From assembly GCA_947629305.1 (NCBI GenBank), contig CANRDD010000002.1:1-52315 (forward strand): DNA of 52,315 bases. Direction: 5' to 3'. The stretch is from an uncultured Bacilli bacterium (GTDB lineage: Bacteria; Bacillota_I; Bacilli_A; RF39; UBA660). This document shows, piece after piece, positions 1 through 9,236 of the stretch. Each line of letters starts with the position of its first letter. The stretch's first letter is position 1. The notes beneath the pieces are model-generated. The model searched no databases. It saw nothing but the letters and a program-made list of their open reading frames with translations, and had not been told where the DNA came from. A program made the translations under genes and the position numbers.

Positions 1-73
1 GAACTGGCAGACGCGCTAGACTTAGGATCTAGTGGATTAATCCGTGGGGGTTCAAGTCCCTTCAGGTGCACCA
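1..73 (+). tRNA. tRNA-Leu (anticodon UAG), 5' end cut by window edge
   Basis: Anticodon stem CTAGA/TCTAG encloses the 7-nt loop CTTAGGA (anticodon TAG). A long variable arm (GGAT..ATCC) is typical of class II tRNA-Leu. T-loop is GTTCAAGTC; the acceptor 3' strand plus encoded CCA ends at 73. A D-arm remnant, GAACTGGCAGAC, sits at the window start. Confidence 0.85.
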
Positions 74-86
74 AATTAGTTAATTT

Positions 87-112
87 ATTCCTTATGTTTA
101 AGGAATTTTTTT
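87..112 (+). terminator. Rho-independent terminator after the tRNA
   Basis: ATTCCTTA (87-94) pairs with TAAGGAAT (99-106) around loop TGTT, followed by a T-run to 112. Confidence 0.7.
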
Positions 113-138
113 ATTAATTATTTTTAAAATTACGATGA

Positions 139-166
139 GAATAAATAGAGTTATTTATTCTTTTTT
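139..166 (+). terminator. Second tandem hairpin plus T-run
   Basis: GAATAAATA (139-147) pairs with TATTTATTC (152-160) around loop GAGT, followed by TTTTTT (161-166). Confidence 0.6.
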
Positions 167-260
167 AATGTTTTTGTGTAAAATTGTGTAAAATTTATAA
201 GAAATTTAAAGGAAATTGACCACCTTTCGGATTATATAGATATGAAGGGAGGTGAAGACT

Positions 261-1160
261 ATGCAAAAAATATGGCATGATTATAAAGTGATCATTATGG
301 CTTGCCTTGGTTCTGCACTTATTGTTTTGATGGGTTTTGGTATTTGTTCTTATGCTAGCAAAGATGAAGAAAAGATTACTAATAATACAGAAAAACTATC
401 TTTTAGTGAACAAAATATAGAAGAAGAAAGTAAAGTTCAAGAAGAAAAGGTTCTTGATAGCTTTTATGTTGAAGTTAAAGGGCAAGTAGTTAACCCTGGT
501 GTTTATTCTGTAAACAAAGGGCAAATCATTAATGATTTAATTAATCTTGCTGGAGGTTTTAATGATAAGGCTTATACGGATAATATTAATTTAAGTTATG
601 AATTATCAAAAGAAATGGTCGTTTATGTTTATGAAAAGAATGCGGCAACACCTAAGGTGGTAAAAGCTAAAACGACAACTTCTAGTGGATCTTCTATCGA
701 ACCTGAAAAAGAGCCTGAAAAAACATTAGAGCAAACTAAAACTTGTCAAAGCTCTAGCTATGTTATTGAAAATTGCCTCGAAGAAGGGGAAAGTATTATT
801 GAAACTACTATTTCGCCTGATTATGCAAGTAGCAATAATACGGAAGAAAGCACAGCTAAAGAAGACTTACCAGCCGAAGAAAGTAGTAAAAATAATGAGC
901 CATGTGTTGAACCAGAAATTCATGTTTTAGATAATTTTCCAGAAGACCTTTTTAAGGCGCAAAGTAAAGCTTTAGTTAATATTAATGAAGCTAGTCAAGA
1001 CCAATTAATGACCTTAAGTGGCATTGGTCAATCAAAAGCTTTAAAAATAATTGAATATCGAAATACACATGGACCATTTAAAACCATTTCCGAGATTAAA
1101 AATGTCTCAGGAATAGGAGATGCTGTATATGCCAAGATTAAAGCTTATATTACAGTTTAA
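261..1160 (+). CDS. comEA: Competence protein ComEA (membrane-anchored DNA receptor, SLBB + tandem helix-hairpin-helix)
   Basis: N-terminal TM segment, SLBB-like FYVEVKGQVVNPGVYSV, and C-terminal HhH pair LMTLSGIGQSKALKIIEYR / IKNVSGIGDAVYAKIK. A ~110-aa acidic S/T/E-rich linker makes it longer than usual. RBS AAGGGAGG lies 8 nt before ATG 261; the track start GTG 252 overlaps that RBS. Confidence 0.85.
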   Translation: MQKIWHDYKVIIMACLGSALIVLMGFGICSYASKDEEKITNNTEKLSFSEQNIEEESKVQEEKVLDSFYVEVKGQVVNPGVYSVNKGQIINDLINLAGGFNDKAYTDNINLSYELSKEMVVYVYEKNAATPKVVKAKTTTSSGSSIEPEKEPEKTLEQTKTCQSSSYVIENCLEEGESIIETTISPDYASSNNTEESTAKEDLPAEESSKNNEPCVEPEIHVLDNFPEDLFKAQSKALVNINEASQDQLMTLSGIGQSKALKIIEYRNTHGPFKTISEIKNVSGIGDAVYAKIKAYITV

Positions 1161-3171
1161 TGCCAAGTTTATTATTTTACTATTATTTTTAATGGTTTAT
1201 ATCATAATTCAAACTAAAATAATAACTTATCATTCAAAACTTGATCCTGCATCACCTATTTTAAAGGGAACTTTAGTTAATTATAGTATCGATGGAGATA
1301 CTTTAAAAATGTTAATAAAGAGTAAAGAAAAAGTATATGCAACTTATTATTTGAATAGTTCTAAAGAAAAGGAGGAAATATTAAATAAACTTAAATTAGG
1401 TTCTTTTATAACTTTAACCGGTAGTTATAAAGAACCTTTAAATAATACTATTCCTAATACTTTTAATTATAAAAAATATTTATATTATAATAAAATGTTT
1501 TATACTTTTAATGTTAATAGTTATCAAATAAAAAATAAAAATAATATATTCTATAATATAAAGGATTTTATTCTAAAAAGAATATATAATATGTCTTATA
1601 AAGAATATTTATTAATCTTTATTTTAGGAGATAAGTCTTTGATACCAAGTGAAGAATATAATAATTATATTACAAATGGGACAGCTCACCTTCTTGCTAT
1701 CTCTGGAATGCATATAGGTCTTTTAATTGGTGTACTTAATTTTCTTTTAAAGTTTTTAAAAGAAAATATAAGATTTATCATTATTATCTTAATATTAGCT
1801 TTCTTTGCTCTTTTAACTGGTTTTAGTGCATCCGTCTTAAGAGTTATTATCTTCTATATTTTAAGTCATTTAAATAAACAATTTAATTTTAATTTAAGTA
1901 GTATGGAAATCTTATTTCTAACGGCATTTATTTTGCTCATTTATAATCCTTTTTATATCTTTAATTATGGTTTTTTATATTCGATAATTACCACGATGGG
2001 AATAATTTATTATAAAGATAAAATAAAGGGAAATTATTTTAAAAAATTACTTATTTTAAGTTTAATAGCTTTTTTATTTAGTTTACCTATTACTGCTACT
2101 TTAAATTATGAAATTAATTTAATGAGTCCTCTTATTAATTTAATATTTGTCCCATTCGTATCATTTTGTATATACCCTTTATCTTTAATAAGCTTAATTA
2201 TTCCGAATAATCTTTGGCCATTCGCGGTTAAATGCCTTATATTATTAAATAAAATAAATATAAATCTTTGCATAATTATTCCGCGCTTAAACTTATTCTT
2301 AATTAGCGTTTATTATTTTATTCTAATAATTGGTAAAAATAAAAATTATTTCTTTCTTTCATTAATATTTATCCTAGGCATAGCAAAATTAATGGTTAAA
2401 TTAGATCCTAATTATTATGTTTATTTTTTGGATGTTGGGCAAGGGGATTGCACAGTATTAATTAGTCCTTATCAAAAAGAAGTTATCATGATCGATACAG
2501 GAGGTAAAACAACTTTTCCTAAAAGTTCTTGGCAAAATAGAAGTAAAACTTATCATATCTCTGACAATACCATTAAATTTTTAAAAAGTTTAGGTATAAC
2601 TTCTATCGATTATTTAGTTTTAAGTCATGGTGATCAAGATCATGCTGGGGAAGCTTTAAATATTTTAGCTAATATAGATGTAGATAGTATTATTTTAAAT
2701 GAAGGAGAATATAATGATTTAGAAAGAAAAATATTAGATTATCATCAAAATATTGGCAAAGAAATGAATTTAAAATATTTTCCTAATTATATTATTAAAC
2801 ATGAATTAAGAAATAATGAAAATGATAATAGTATAATTAATTTAATTAGAGTAGATAATTATAATTTTCTTTTTTTAGGAGATGTATCTAAAAAGGTTGA
2901 AGAAGAAATTTTAATTAAATATAAATTTAATTATGATTTTGTTAAAATAGCTCATCATGGATCAATGACAAGTACATCAGAAATGTTATTAGCCCAAGAT
3001 TTTAAAGGCATTATATCAAGTGGGCGAAATAATAGGTATAATCATCCTTCGGAAAAAACGATTAAAGCATTAAATGAATCGGGTCATTCATATTATAATA
3101 CTCAAGATGATGGTACTATTTTCTTTAAGATTAGAAATAGTGCCTATACCATTAAATGTTATAAACCATAA
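1129..3171 (+). CDS. comEC: DNA internalization competence protein ComEC/Rec2 with C-terminal metallo-beta-lactamase domain
   Basis: Polytopic ComEC core (LLAISGMHIGLL, SASVLRV) plus an MBL domain (FLDVGQGDC, LVLSHGDQDHAGE, IAHHGS). The comEA-comEC-holA order matches Bacillus. AGGAG lies 9 nt upstream of ATG 1129; the track start 1120 abuts the RBS, so the start is uncertain. Confidence 0.88.
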   Translation: MPRLKLILQFNAKFIILLLFLMVYIIIQTKIITYHSKLDPASPILKGTLVNYSIDGDTLKMLIKSKEKVYATYYLNSSKEKEEILNKLKLGSFITLTGSYKEPLNNTIPNTFNYKKYLYYNKMFYTFNVNSYQIKNKNNIFYNIKDFILKRIYNMSYKEYLLIFILGDKSLIPSEEYNNYITNGTAHLLAISGMHIGLLIGVLNFLLKFLKENIRFIIIILILAFFALLTGFSASVLRVIIFYILSHLNKQFNFNLSSMEILFLTAFILLIYNPFYIFNYGFLYSIITTMGIIYYKDKIKGNYFKKLLILSLIAFLFSLPITATLNYEINLMSPLINLIFVPFVSFCIYPLSLISLIIPNNLWPFAVKCLILLNKININLCIIIPRLNLFLISVYYFILIIGKNKNYFFLSLIFILGIAKLMVKLDPNYYVYFLDVGQGDCTVLISPYQKEVIMIDTGGKTTFPKSSWQNRSKTYHISDNTIKFLKSLGITSIDYLVLSHGDQDHAGEALNILANIDVDSIILNEGEYNDLERKILDYHQNIGKEMNLKYFPNYIIKHELRNNENDNSIINLIRVDNYNFLFLGDVSKKVEEEILIKYKFNYDFVKIAHHGSMTSTSEMLLAQDFKGIISSGRNNRYNHPSEKTIKALNESGHSYYNTQDDGTIFFKIRNSAYTIKCYKP

Positions 3172-3206
3172 AATATAGTATACATTATATAATGTTTTAA
3201 TAGATT

Positions 3207-3232
3207 AAGAGTTTAGCTAACTCTTTTTTTTT
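3207..3232 (+). terminator. Rho-independent terminator after comEC
   Basis: AAGAGTT (3207-3213) pairs with AACTCTT (3219-3225) around loop TAGCT, followed by a T-run to 3232. Confidence 0.7.
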
Positions 3233-3273
3233 AAGATTTTTTTTGTTAAAATAATTTATATAAGGAGTAAATC

Positions 3274-4215
3274 ATGAATATTTATGTCATAAGTGCAAAT
3301 AGTTATCATTTAGTTGATTTAGAAATAAAGAAAATTATTAAAGATCAAGTACCTTTAGTTTTTAATTTAAATAGTTGTAGTATAGATGATTTATTAGAAG
3401 AAGCAAGTTATTTTGATCTAACAGGAGAACCTAAGTATTTAATCGCTAGTAATGCTGATTTTCTTTCTAGTAGTAAACTTAGTGATAAAGATGAAAATAA
3501 ATTATTAAGTTATTTAAAAAATCCTAATTTAAATACCATTATTATTTTTACAACTTATGCTCCTATAGATAATAGAAGAAAAATAGTTAAGTTTATAAAA
3601 GATCAATATAAAGTAATTAATATACCAGCTTGGGATAAATTAAAAATGAAAGAAGAAGCAAGAAATTATTTAATAAATAAAGGATATAAAATAGATAATG
3701 ATAGTATTAATTATATAGTTAATAATGTTTATAATAATATTGATATTTTATATAATGAATTAGATAAAATTATTCTTTATTATACTAATAAAAATAAAAT
3801 TATATATTATAAAGATATTGAAAGTATTATAGGTAAAGAAATAGATAGTAATAATTATCATTTTATAAATGCGGTTATTGAAAAGAATTTAGAAGAAGCT
3901 TTAAGAATATGGAAGAATTTAAAAGTATATAAAGTAGATTCTTTAACATTAATTAATTTATTAGCACGAGAATATAGGTTAATGTATAATATTAAAGTTT
4001 TAGAAAAAAAGAATATAAGTTTAAATGAACTAGCTCATAATTTAAGTTTACAGGACTGGCAAATAAAAAAACTATATAATAATAGTTTAAAATATAGAAG
4101 GGAAGAATTACTTAAAAATCTTTATTTATTAGCTAATATGGATTTAAAAATAAAAAAAGGAGATAATGATAAAGATATTATCCTATATCCTTTTTTATTA
4201 GAAGTATGTGTTTAA
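3274..4215 (+). CDS. holA: DNA polymerase III delta subunit (HolA)-like
   Basis: 313 aa, directly downstream of comEC as in Bacillus (comE operon then holA). RBS TAAGGAG. The sequence is divergent, so the call leans on size and synteny. Confidence 0.6.
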   Translation: MNIYVISANSYHLVDLEIKKIIKDQVPLVFNLNSCSIDDLLEEASYFDLTGEPKYLIASNADFLSSSKLSDKDENKLLSYLKNPNLNTIIIFTTYAPIDNRRKIVKFIKDQYKVINIPAWDKLKMKEEARNYLINKGYKIDNDSINYIVNNVYNNIDILYNELDKIILYYTNKNKIIYYKDIESIIGKEIDSNNYHFINAVIEKNLEEALRIWKNLKVYKVDSLTLINLLAREYRLMYNIKVLEKKNISLNELAHNLSLQDWQIKKLYNNSLKYRREELLKNLYLLANMDLKIKKGDNDKDIILYPFLLEVCV

Positions 4216-5120
4216 TCTTTTATTTTTAAAGTATTTTTAAAATTTAATTTAACTAATTCTTGTAATTTATCTTGGCCATATTTTTGATATATTTCTTTAG
4301 CAAAGGTATCAACATCTCTTCCTGCACCTTTAGGAACATTAGCCCCAAGTTCAGTGCTTAATTTAGCCATTTCCATTAAAAATATATAACGGCTAATAAT
4401 AGATGCACAAGCAACTGCTAAAACGGCAACTTCAGCTCTAGGCATAAAGGTAATATTTTTAACTATTTGTTTATTATCTTTTAAATAATTATAATAATTT
4501 TTAGGAGGAGTAAATTGATCTACGACAATATAATCATAATTATCGACTTTATTAACCATACTAAGTAAGACCTTATTATGTAATAAAGCTTTAATTTTAT
4601 TCATATTAATATTTTCATTATAATTATGATTATATTCTAAAGGACTTAATATATATGAAGTATAGGGTATTTTCTTGATTAACAAGGGAGTAATCTCTTT
4701 TATTTTAGAATCAGTTAATTTTTTAGAATCAGTTACTTTTAAATCATGGAGAAATTCAACATCATTTTTCGTAACATAACAACTAGTGACCACGATAGGA
4801 CCAAAGTAATCACCTGTGCCACATTCATCACTGCCAATGACATTATAATCATCATAATTCTTTTTAACTGGCTTTTTTTCCTTCTTCTCATCTATCTTTT
4901 GGTTATTATGTTTTTTTTCTAATTCTTTCCATATACTAGCTTCAATATCCGCGCTTAAGCCTTGAAACATGACTTTACCTGATTCATAAAGCGTAATGGT
5001 AACATCTTGATATTTAGCTTGAAAGACAGCATAGGGTGGAGTTTTTTCTAAACAATAATCCTTATAATATTTAATTAAACTAGGTTTTATATTATCACTT
5101 ATTTTAAAAACTATAGTCAT
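4212..5120 (-). CDS. rnhC: Ribonuclease HIII
   Basis: Catalytic block GSDECGTGDYFGP plus an N-terminal RNase HIII-type substrate-binding domain. At ~302 aa it fits RNase HIII. AGAGG RBS precedes ATG 5120 (MTIVFKI); the track start 5174 has no RBS. Confidence 0.85.
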   Translation of the reverse strand: MTIVFKISDNIKPSLIKYYKDYCLEKTPPYAVFQAKYQDVTITLYESGKVMFQGLSADIEASIWKELEKKHNNQKIDEKKEKKPVKKNYDDYNVIGSDECGTGDYFGPIVVTSCYVTKNDVEFLHDLKVTDSKKLTDSKIKEITPLLIKKIPYTSYILSPLEYNHNYNENINMNKIKALLHNKVLLSMVNKVDNYDYIVVDQFTPPKNYYNYLKDNKQIVKNITFMPRAEVAVLAVACASIISRYIFLMEMAKLSTELGANVPKGAGRDVDTFAKEIYQKYGQDKLQELVKLNFKNTLKIKD

Positions 5121-5208
5121 AAAGACACCTCTTTTTTTAAATATTTTAACATATTTATCTTTATTTTTCATCATCTTTATAATATAATTAAAATAGGAGT
5201 TGATTATA

Positions 5209-5907
5209 ATGAGTGTAGCAGTTGATGTTGCTATTGTTGTGATTATTTTATTGTGTGGTTTATCAGGATTTAAGAAGGGAGTTATTAGATCGGCCGTTCA
5301 ATTACTAGGAACAGCTTTAATTGTTTTTCTTGCGTATAAATTAAAAACACCTTTAGCTAATTATATCATGGGATTTATGCCTTTCTTACAATATAAAGGA
5401 GTCTTTTTAGGAATTAGTGCTATTAATATTTTAATGTATCAATTATATGCTTTTATTCTTATTTTTGTTATAGCTTATTGTATATTAAATATTATCATTA
5501 ATGCTACAGGTATCATTGATAAATTATTAACTTTTAGTTTAGTATTTGCAATACCTGATAAAATCTTAGGTTTATTCTTAGGTTTATTAGATGGTGTTTT
5601 ATTTGCCTTTTTATTAACTTTTGTAGCTTATCATATATCACCAACAGAAGAATATATTCATGATAGTACGATGGGAGTTGTCTTACTTGAACATACTCCA
5701 TTTGTTTCCAATTATATGTCCAGTACAATTGTTTCTTTAAAAGAAATATCAAAATTAGCTCATAGTGTTAATGAAAATACGATCATTGATTCTATCAATG
5801 GTCAAGCTGTTCAAGATTTAATATTACATAAAATAATTACGAAAGAACAAGTGCAAAAATTACGGGATGATAATAAATTAATAATTAAAAATGTTATGTT
5901 TTCTTAA
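5209..5907 (+). CDS. cvpA: CvpA-family membrane protein
   Basis: Four hydrophobic segments with CvpA-like N-terminus (VDVAIVVIILLCGLSGFKKG). Divergent from rnhC as in Bacillus (rnhC / zapA-yshB). AGGAG lies 9 nt before ATG 5209. Confidence 0.65.
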   Translation: MSVAVDVAIVVIILLCGLSGFKKGVIRSAVQLLGTALIVFLAYKLKTPLANYIMGFMPFLQYKGVFLGISAINILMYQLYAFILIFVIAYCILNIIINATGIIDKLLTFSLVFAIPDKILGLFLGLLDGVLFAFLLTFVAYHISPTEEYIHDSTMGVVLLEHTPFVSNYMSSTIVSLKEISKLAHSVNENTIIDSINGQAVQDLILHKIITKEQVQKLRDDNKLIIKNVMFS

Positions 5908-5919
5908 GGAGGTTTAAAC

Positions 5920-6219
5920 GTGAAATATTTAGAAAAAGAAGAAGATTTTAAAGAATTAATTGGGCAAGAATCCCTTTTAGTGGATTTTTATGCCGACTGG
6001 TGTGGCCCTTGTCAAGCTATGGGAACAATTTTAGAAAAGGTTGATTTTATTGATGTCTTAAAAGTTAATACTGATAAGTTTCCAAATATAGCTTCTTCCT
6101 ATGGAGTTATGAGTATTCCCACTTTAATCTTCTTTCAAAATGGGGAAGAAAAAAAGAAGTTAATTGGGCTTACATCTATAGATGATTTAAAAGCAGCTTA
6201 TGAAAGTCTTAAATCATGA
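5920..6219 (+). CDS. trxA: Thioredoxin
   Basis: 99 aa with active site WCGPCQ and cis-Pro context SIPTLIFF. GTG start follows AAGGAGG. Confidence 0.9.
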   Translation: MKYLEKEEDFKELIGQESLLVDFYADWCGPCQAMGTILEKVDFIDVLKVNTDKFPNIASSYGVMSIPTLIFFQNGEEKKKLIGLTSIDDLKAAYESLKS

Positions 6220-6677
6220 AATTTTTATTTAAAAGATTAGTTATTATTGTTATTATAGCTTTAATTCTTTCTTTAATTGTTGATTACTGTTTAGTTGTTT
6301 TAAGAAATACTGATCCTTTATTTATTGTTAAAGAAGAAAATAATACGAAATATGGTTTAATTTATAAAATAGTTTATGATGATAATAATGTAACATTTTA
6401 TTTATTTAATATAAAATTAGAAGAAAAAAATAGACTTGATCAAGGAGATTGGTTTATTTTAGATAAAACAGGAAAAGACTGTAATCCTGTTAAGACATAC
6501 TTTTATGAAGATGATAATTATCGATATTATTTTGACTGTGAAAGAAAATATTATATTAAATTAGGAGAAGTTGAATATACTTTAAAAAATGCTTTAGAAA
6601 ATAAAATATTAACGATTGAAGAATTAGAAGACACTTATGTTAAATTTGCTAAAGAAGAAAAAAGCCCTAACAGTTAA
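6216..6677 (+). CDS. Hypothetical membrane-anchored protein
   Basis: N-terminal TM segment (LVIIVIIALILSLIV). ATGA overlap with the trxA stop. No recognisable motif. Confidence 0.6.
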   Translation: MKFLFKRLVIIVIIALILSLIVDYCLVVLRNTDPLFIVKEENNTKYGLIYKIVYDDNNVTFYLFNIKLEEKNRLDQGDWFILDKTGKDCNPVKTYFYEDDNYRYYFDCERKYYIKLGEVEYTLKNALENKILTIEELEDTYVKFAKEEKSPNS

Positions 6678-6686
6678 TTGTTAGGG
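6665..6686. terminator. Bidirectional hairpin embedded in the 3' ends of two convergent genes
   Basis: CCCTAACA (6665-6672) pairs with TGTTAGGG (6679-6686). A T-run follows on the plus strand and an A-run precedes (T-run on the minus strand). Confidence 0.6.
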
Positions 6687-7042
6687 TTTTTATGAGCCAT
6701 CATACCAGCTTTTAAATAACTTCGAGCAAGTAGGCCAACACCTAGTTTAGTGCCTCCGTAGAATCTTACCACGACGAGTAAAGTATTATTAATATTATTT
6801 TTTTCTAAATAATTATATAAAGGTAATCCTCCTGTCCCGGATGGCTCTTTATCATCACTTTTACCCGCGGTATTAAATGCTTTATAGGCATAAACAATAT
6901 GACTTGCTTTTTTATTACATTCTTTTAAGGAATTTAATATATCTTTTATTTCTTTTAAATCATCTATTTTGTAACAAAAACCTTTAAATTTAGATTTTTT
7001 TTCTTCAATTAATGAAGTTCCTAATAATTGCAAAATAATCAC
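6674..7042 (-). CDS. IMPACT/YigZ (UPF0029) family protein, N-domain only
   Basis: Motifs SDDKEPSGTGGLP and VVVRFYGGTKLGVGLLARSY match the YigZ/IMPACT N-terminal domain as I remember it. Confidence 0.7.
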   Translation of the reverse strand: MIILQLLGTSLIEEKKSKFKGFCYKIDDLKEIKDILNSLKECNKKASHIVYAYKAFNTAGKSDDKEPSGTGGLPLYNYLEKNNINNTLLVVVRFYGGTKLGVGLLARSYLKAGMMAHKNPNN

Positions 7043-7118
7043 CTTTTTATCATTATACCTTAATTTTTCCGAAAATTATATGTTTTTTAGTGTATAATAA
7101 GTTTGGAAGTGAAGTCTG

Positions 7119-8903
7119 ATGTTAGAAGAAAAGTTAAAAACAATCCCTCATTTACCTGGTAGTTATCAAATGCGTAATAAAAATAATGTTGTTATTTATG
7201 TTGGTAAAGCTAAAGATTTAAATAAAAGAGTTAATAGTTATTTTAAAGGTAATGTAACAGGTAAAACATTAAAATTAGTAGAAGAAATCGTTGATTTTAC
7301 TTATATAACTACCGCGACAGAAAGCGAAGCTTTTCTTCTCGAAATAAATTTAATTAAAGAATATAATCCTAAATATAATATCTTACTTAAAGATGATAAA
7401 AGTTATCCTTACATTGAATATATTAATAAACCATATCCTAAATTAAAAGTATCAAGATATGTTCGTTTAAAAAAGAAAGATAATAAAACTTTATTTGGAC
7501 CATATCCTAATTCTTATGCGGCTAGAAGAATTGTTAATTTAATCAATAGATTATATCCTTTAAAAAAGTGTGAAGGTAATCCAAAGAAGGTTTGTCTATA
7601 TTATCATATTGGTGAATGTCTTGGTTATTGTCAAAAAAATATTGATGAAGTAAAACTAAAACAAATGGAAGATGATATCTTAGGATTCTTAAAGGGTAAT
7701 GATAAAATATTAAAAGATAAAATATTAGAAAGAATTAATTATTTTAGTGAAGAATTAAATTTTGAAGCTGCTTTAGAATTAAAAAAAGAATTACAATATA
7801 TATCTATTATTTTAGATAAACAAAAAGTTGATTTAAATGATTTTATTAATCGGGATATAATTGGTTTTTATTTTAATGAAGGTTTAGTATCCGTGGAAAT
7901 TCTGTTTATTCGGGGAGGAAAAATAGTCGGGGGTAATAATGATAAATTTTATTTTATTAGTGATATTAATGATGAGGTTTGTTCTTATGTCTTAAAGTTT
8001 TATGAAAATCATGAAATACCAAAAGAAATTATTATTCCCGAAGAATTAAATCAAGATATTTTAGAAAATATTTTAAAGACCAGTATTTATGTTCCTTTGA
8101 AGGGGAAGAAAAGAAAATTATTAGAGATGGCTAAGACTAATGCGAGGGTAAGTTTAGAACAAGAAATAACGATTATTAAAAAGGATGAAAAAAGAAGTGT
8201 TTTAGCTAATGATGAATTAAAAGAATTATTAAATATGCCAGTTTTAGACCGAATTGATGCTTTTGATAACTCCAATTTATTTGGTAGTTATGCGGTAAGT
8301 GGAATGATTGTTTTTAAAAATGGGAAACCTCTTAAAAACCAATATAGGAAATATAAAGTTAGTGTCGATGTAAACGATGATTATCATACAATGAAAGAAG
8401 TTATTTATCGTCGTTACTACAGGGCTTTAATGGAAAAAAGTGAAATGCCGGAGCTTATTTTAGTTGATGGGGGAGAAAATCAAATTAGAGCTTGCCTAGA
8501 GGTTTTAAATGATTTACATCTATCTATCCGTGTCTGTGGGCTTAAAAAAGATGATCACCACCGAACTAATCAATTAATTGATGAAGACTTAAATTTAATT
8601 CCTATTCCTAAAAGTAGTGATATCTTCCATTACTTAACTAGAATCCAAGATGAGGTGCATCGTTATACAATTACTTATCATAAAACTTTAAGAGATAAAG
8701 GTTCTATTTCTAGTATTTTAGATAATATTGATGGGATAGGAAAGGTTAGAAAAAAAGCTTTAATTAAAAAATATGGAAGTCTTAAAAAAATAAAAGAAGC
8801 CCCTATAGAAGAATTAAAAGAAATACTTCCTGAAAATATCTCCATGAATCTATTAAATTACTTAAAAAATTATGATGAAAGTATAAAACAAAAAAAGCCT
8901 TAA
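7119..8903 (+). CDS. uvrC: Excinuclease ABC subunit C
   Basis: GIY-YIG N-terminus (YQMRNKNNVVIYVGKAKDLNKRVNSYF), UVR and endonuclease V-like middle region, and C-terminal HhH (IDGIGKVRKKALIKKYGS). 594 aa. Confidence 0.95.
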   Translation: MLEEKLKTIPHLPGSYQMRNKNNVVIYVGKAKDLNKRVNSYFKGNVTGKTLKLVEEIVDFTYITTATESEAFLLEINLIKEYNPKYNILLKDDKSYPYIEYINKPYPKLKVSRYVRLKKKDNKTLFGPYPNSYAARRIVNLINRLYPLKKCEGNPKKVCLYYHIGECLGYCQKNIDEVKLKQMEDDILGFLKGNDKILKDKILERINYFSEELNFEAALELKKELQYISIILDKQKVDLNDFINRDIIGFYFNEGLVSVEILFIRGGKIVGGNNDKFYFISDINDEVCSYVLKFYENHEIPKEIIIPEELNQDILENILKTSIYVPLKGKKRKLLEMAKTNARVSLEQEITIIKKDEKRSVLANDELKELLNMPVLDRIDAFDNSNLFGSYAVSGMIVFKNGKPLKNQYRKYKVSVDVNDDYHTMKEVIYRRYYRALMEKSEMPELILVDGGENQIRACLEVLNDLHLSIRVCGLKKDDHHRTNQLIDEDLNLIPIPKSSDIFHYLTRIQDEVHRYTITYHKTLRDKGSISSILDNIDGIGKVRKKALIKKYGSLKKIKEAPIEELKEILPENISMNLLNYLKNYDESIKQKKP

Positions 8904-9130
8904 TTATTTTTCATAATAGACTTTTTATAGGGTTTTCTTTCATCAGTTTGATATAAAATATAATCAATACTTGTTTGATAATAATCAGCAAGTTTTTTTA
9001 ATATTTCATCTGTAAGATTAGTTTGACCTGTTTCATAATAACTATATTTTCTTTGACTAATTCCCATTAATTGAGCTATTTCTTTTTGTAATATATCTTT
9101 ATCTTCCCTTAATTCCTTTAATCTATTCAT
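8900..9130 (-). CDS. XRE-family HTH transcriptional regulator (short, 76 aa)
   Basis: HTH block QKEIAQLMGISQRKYSYYETG. The C-terminal tail SIDYILYQTDERKPYKKSI is shared with the ORF at 50683 and the relic at 38882. RBS AAGGTGA. Confidence 0.85.
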   Translation of the reverse strand: MNRLKELREDKDILQKEIAQLMGISQRKYSYYETGQTNLTDEILKKLADYYQTSIDYILYQTDERKPYKKSIMKNN

Positions 9131-9158
9131 TGTTTATCACCTTATTCGTATTTTATTA

Positions 9159-9229
9159 TAGATAAATTTTGTCTGTTGACATTTAGATAAATATTATCTA
9201 TAATTGTTATTGTAGATAATATTTATCTA
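9159..9229 (+). promoter_or_regulatory. Consensus sigma-A promoter overlapped by palindromic operators (divergent XRE control region)
   Basis: TTGACA (9176-9181), a 17-nt spacer, then TATAAT (9199-9204). The 17-bp palindrome TAGATAAATATTATCTA (9184-9200) fills the spacer. Its exact reverse complement TAGATAATATTTATCTA is at 9213-9229, and a half-site TAGATAAATTTTG is at 9159-9171. Confidence 0.7.
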
Positions 9230-9236
9230 TGAAAGA

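Noticed and set aside
5534-5752. Short antisense or nested ORFs: 5534-5752, 8087-8275, 11879-12109, 20139-20369, 33975-34178, 46910-47104
   Set aside because: Each is contained within or opposite a well-supported longer gene (cvpA, uvrC, rnfD-like, mnmA/HTH spacer, rarA, asnS). None has an RBS or a recognisable motif.
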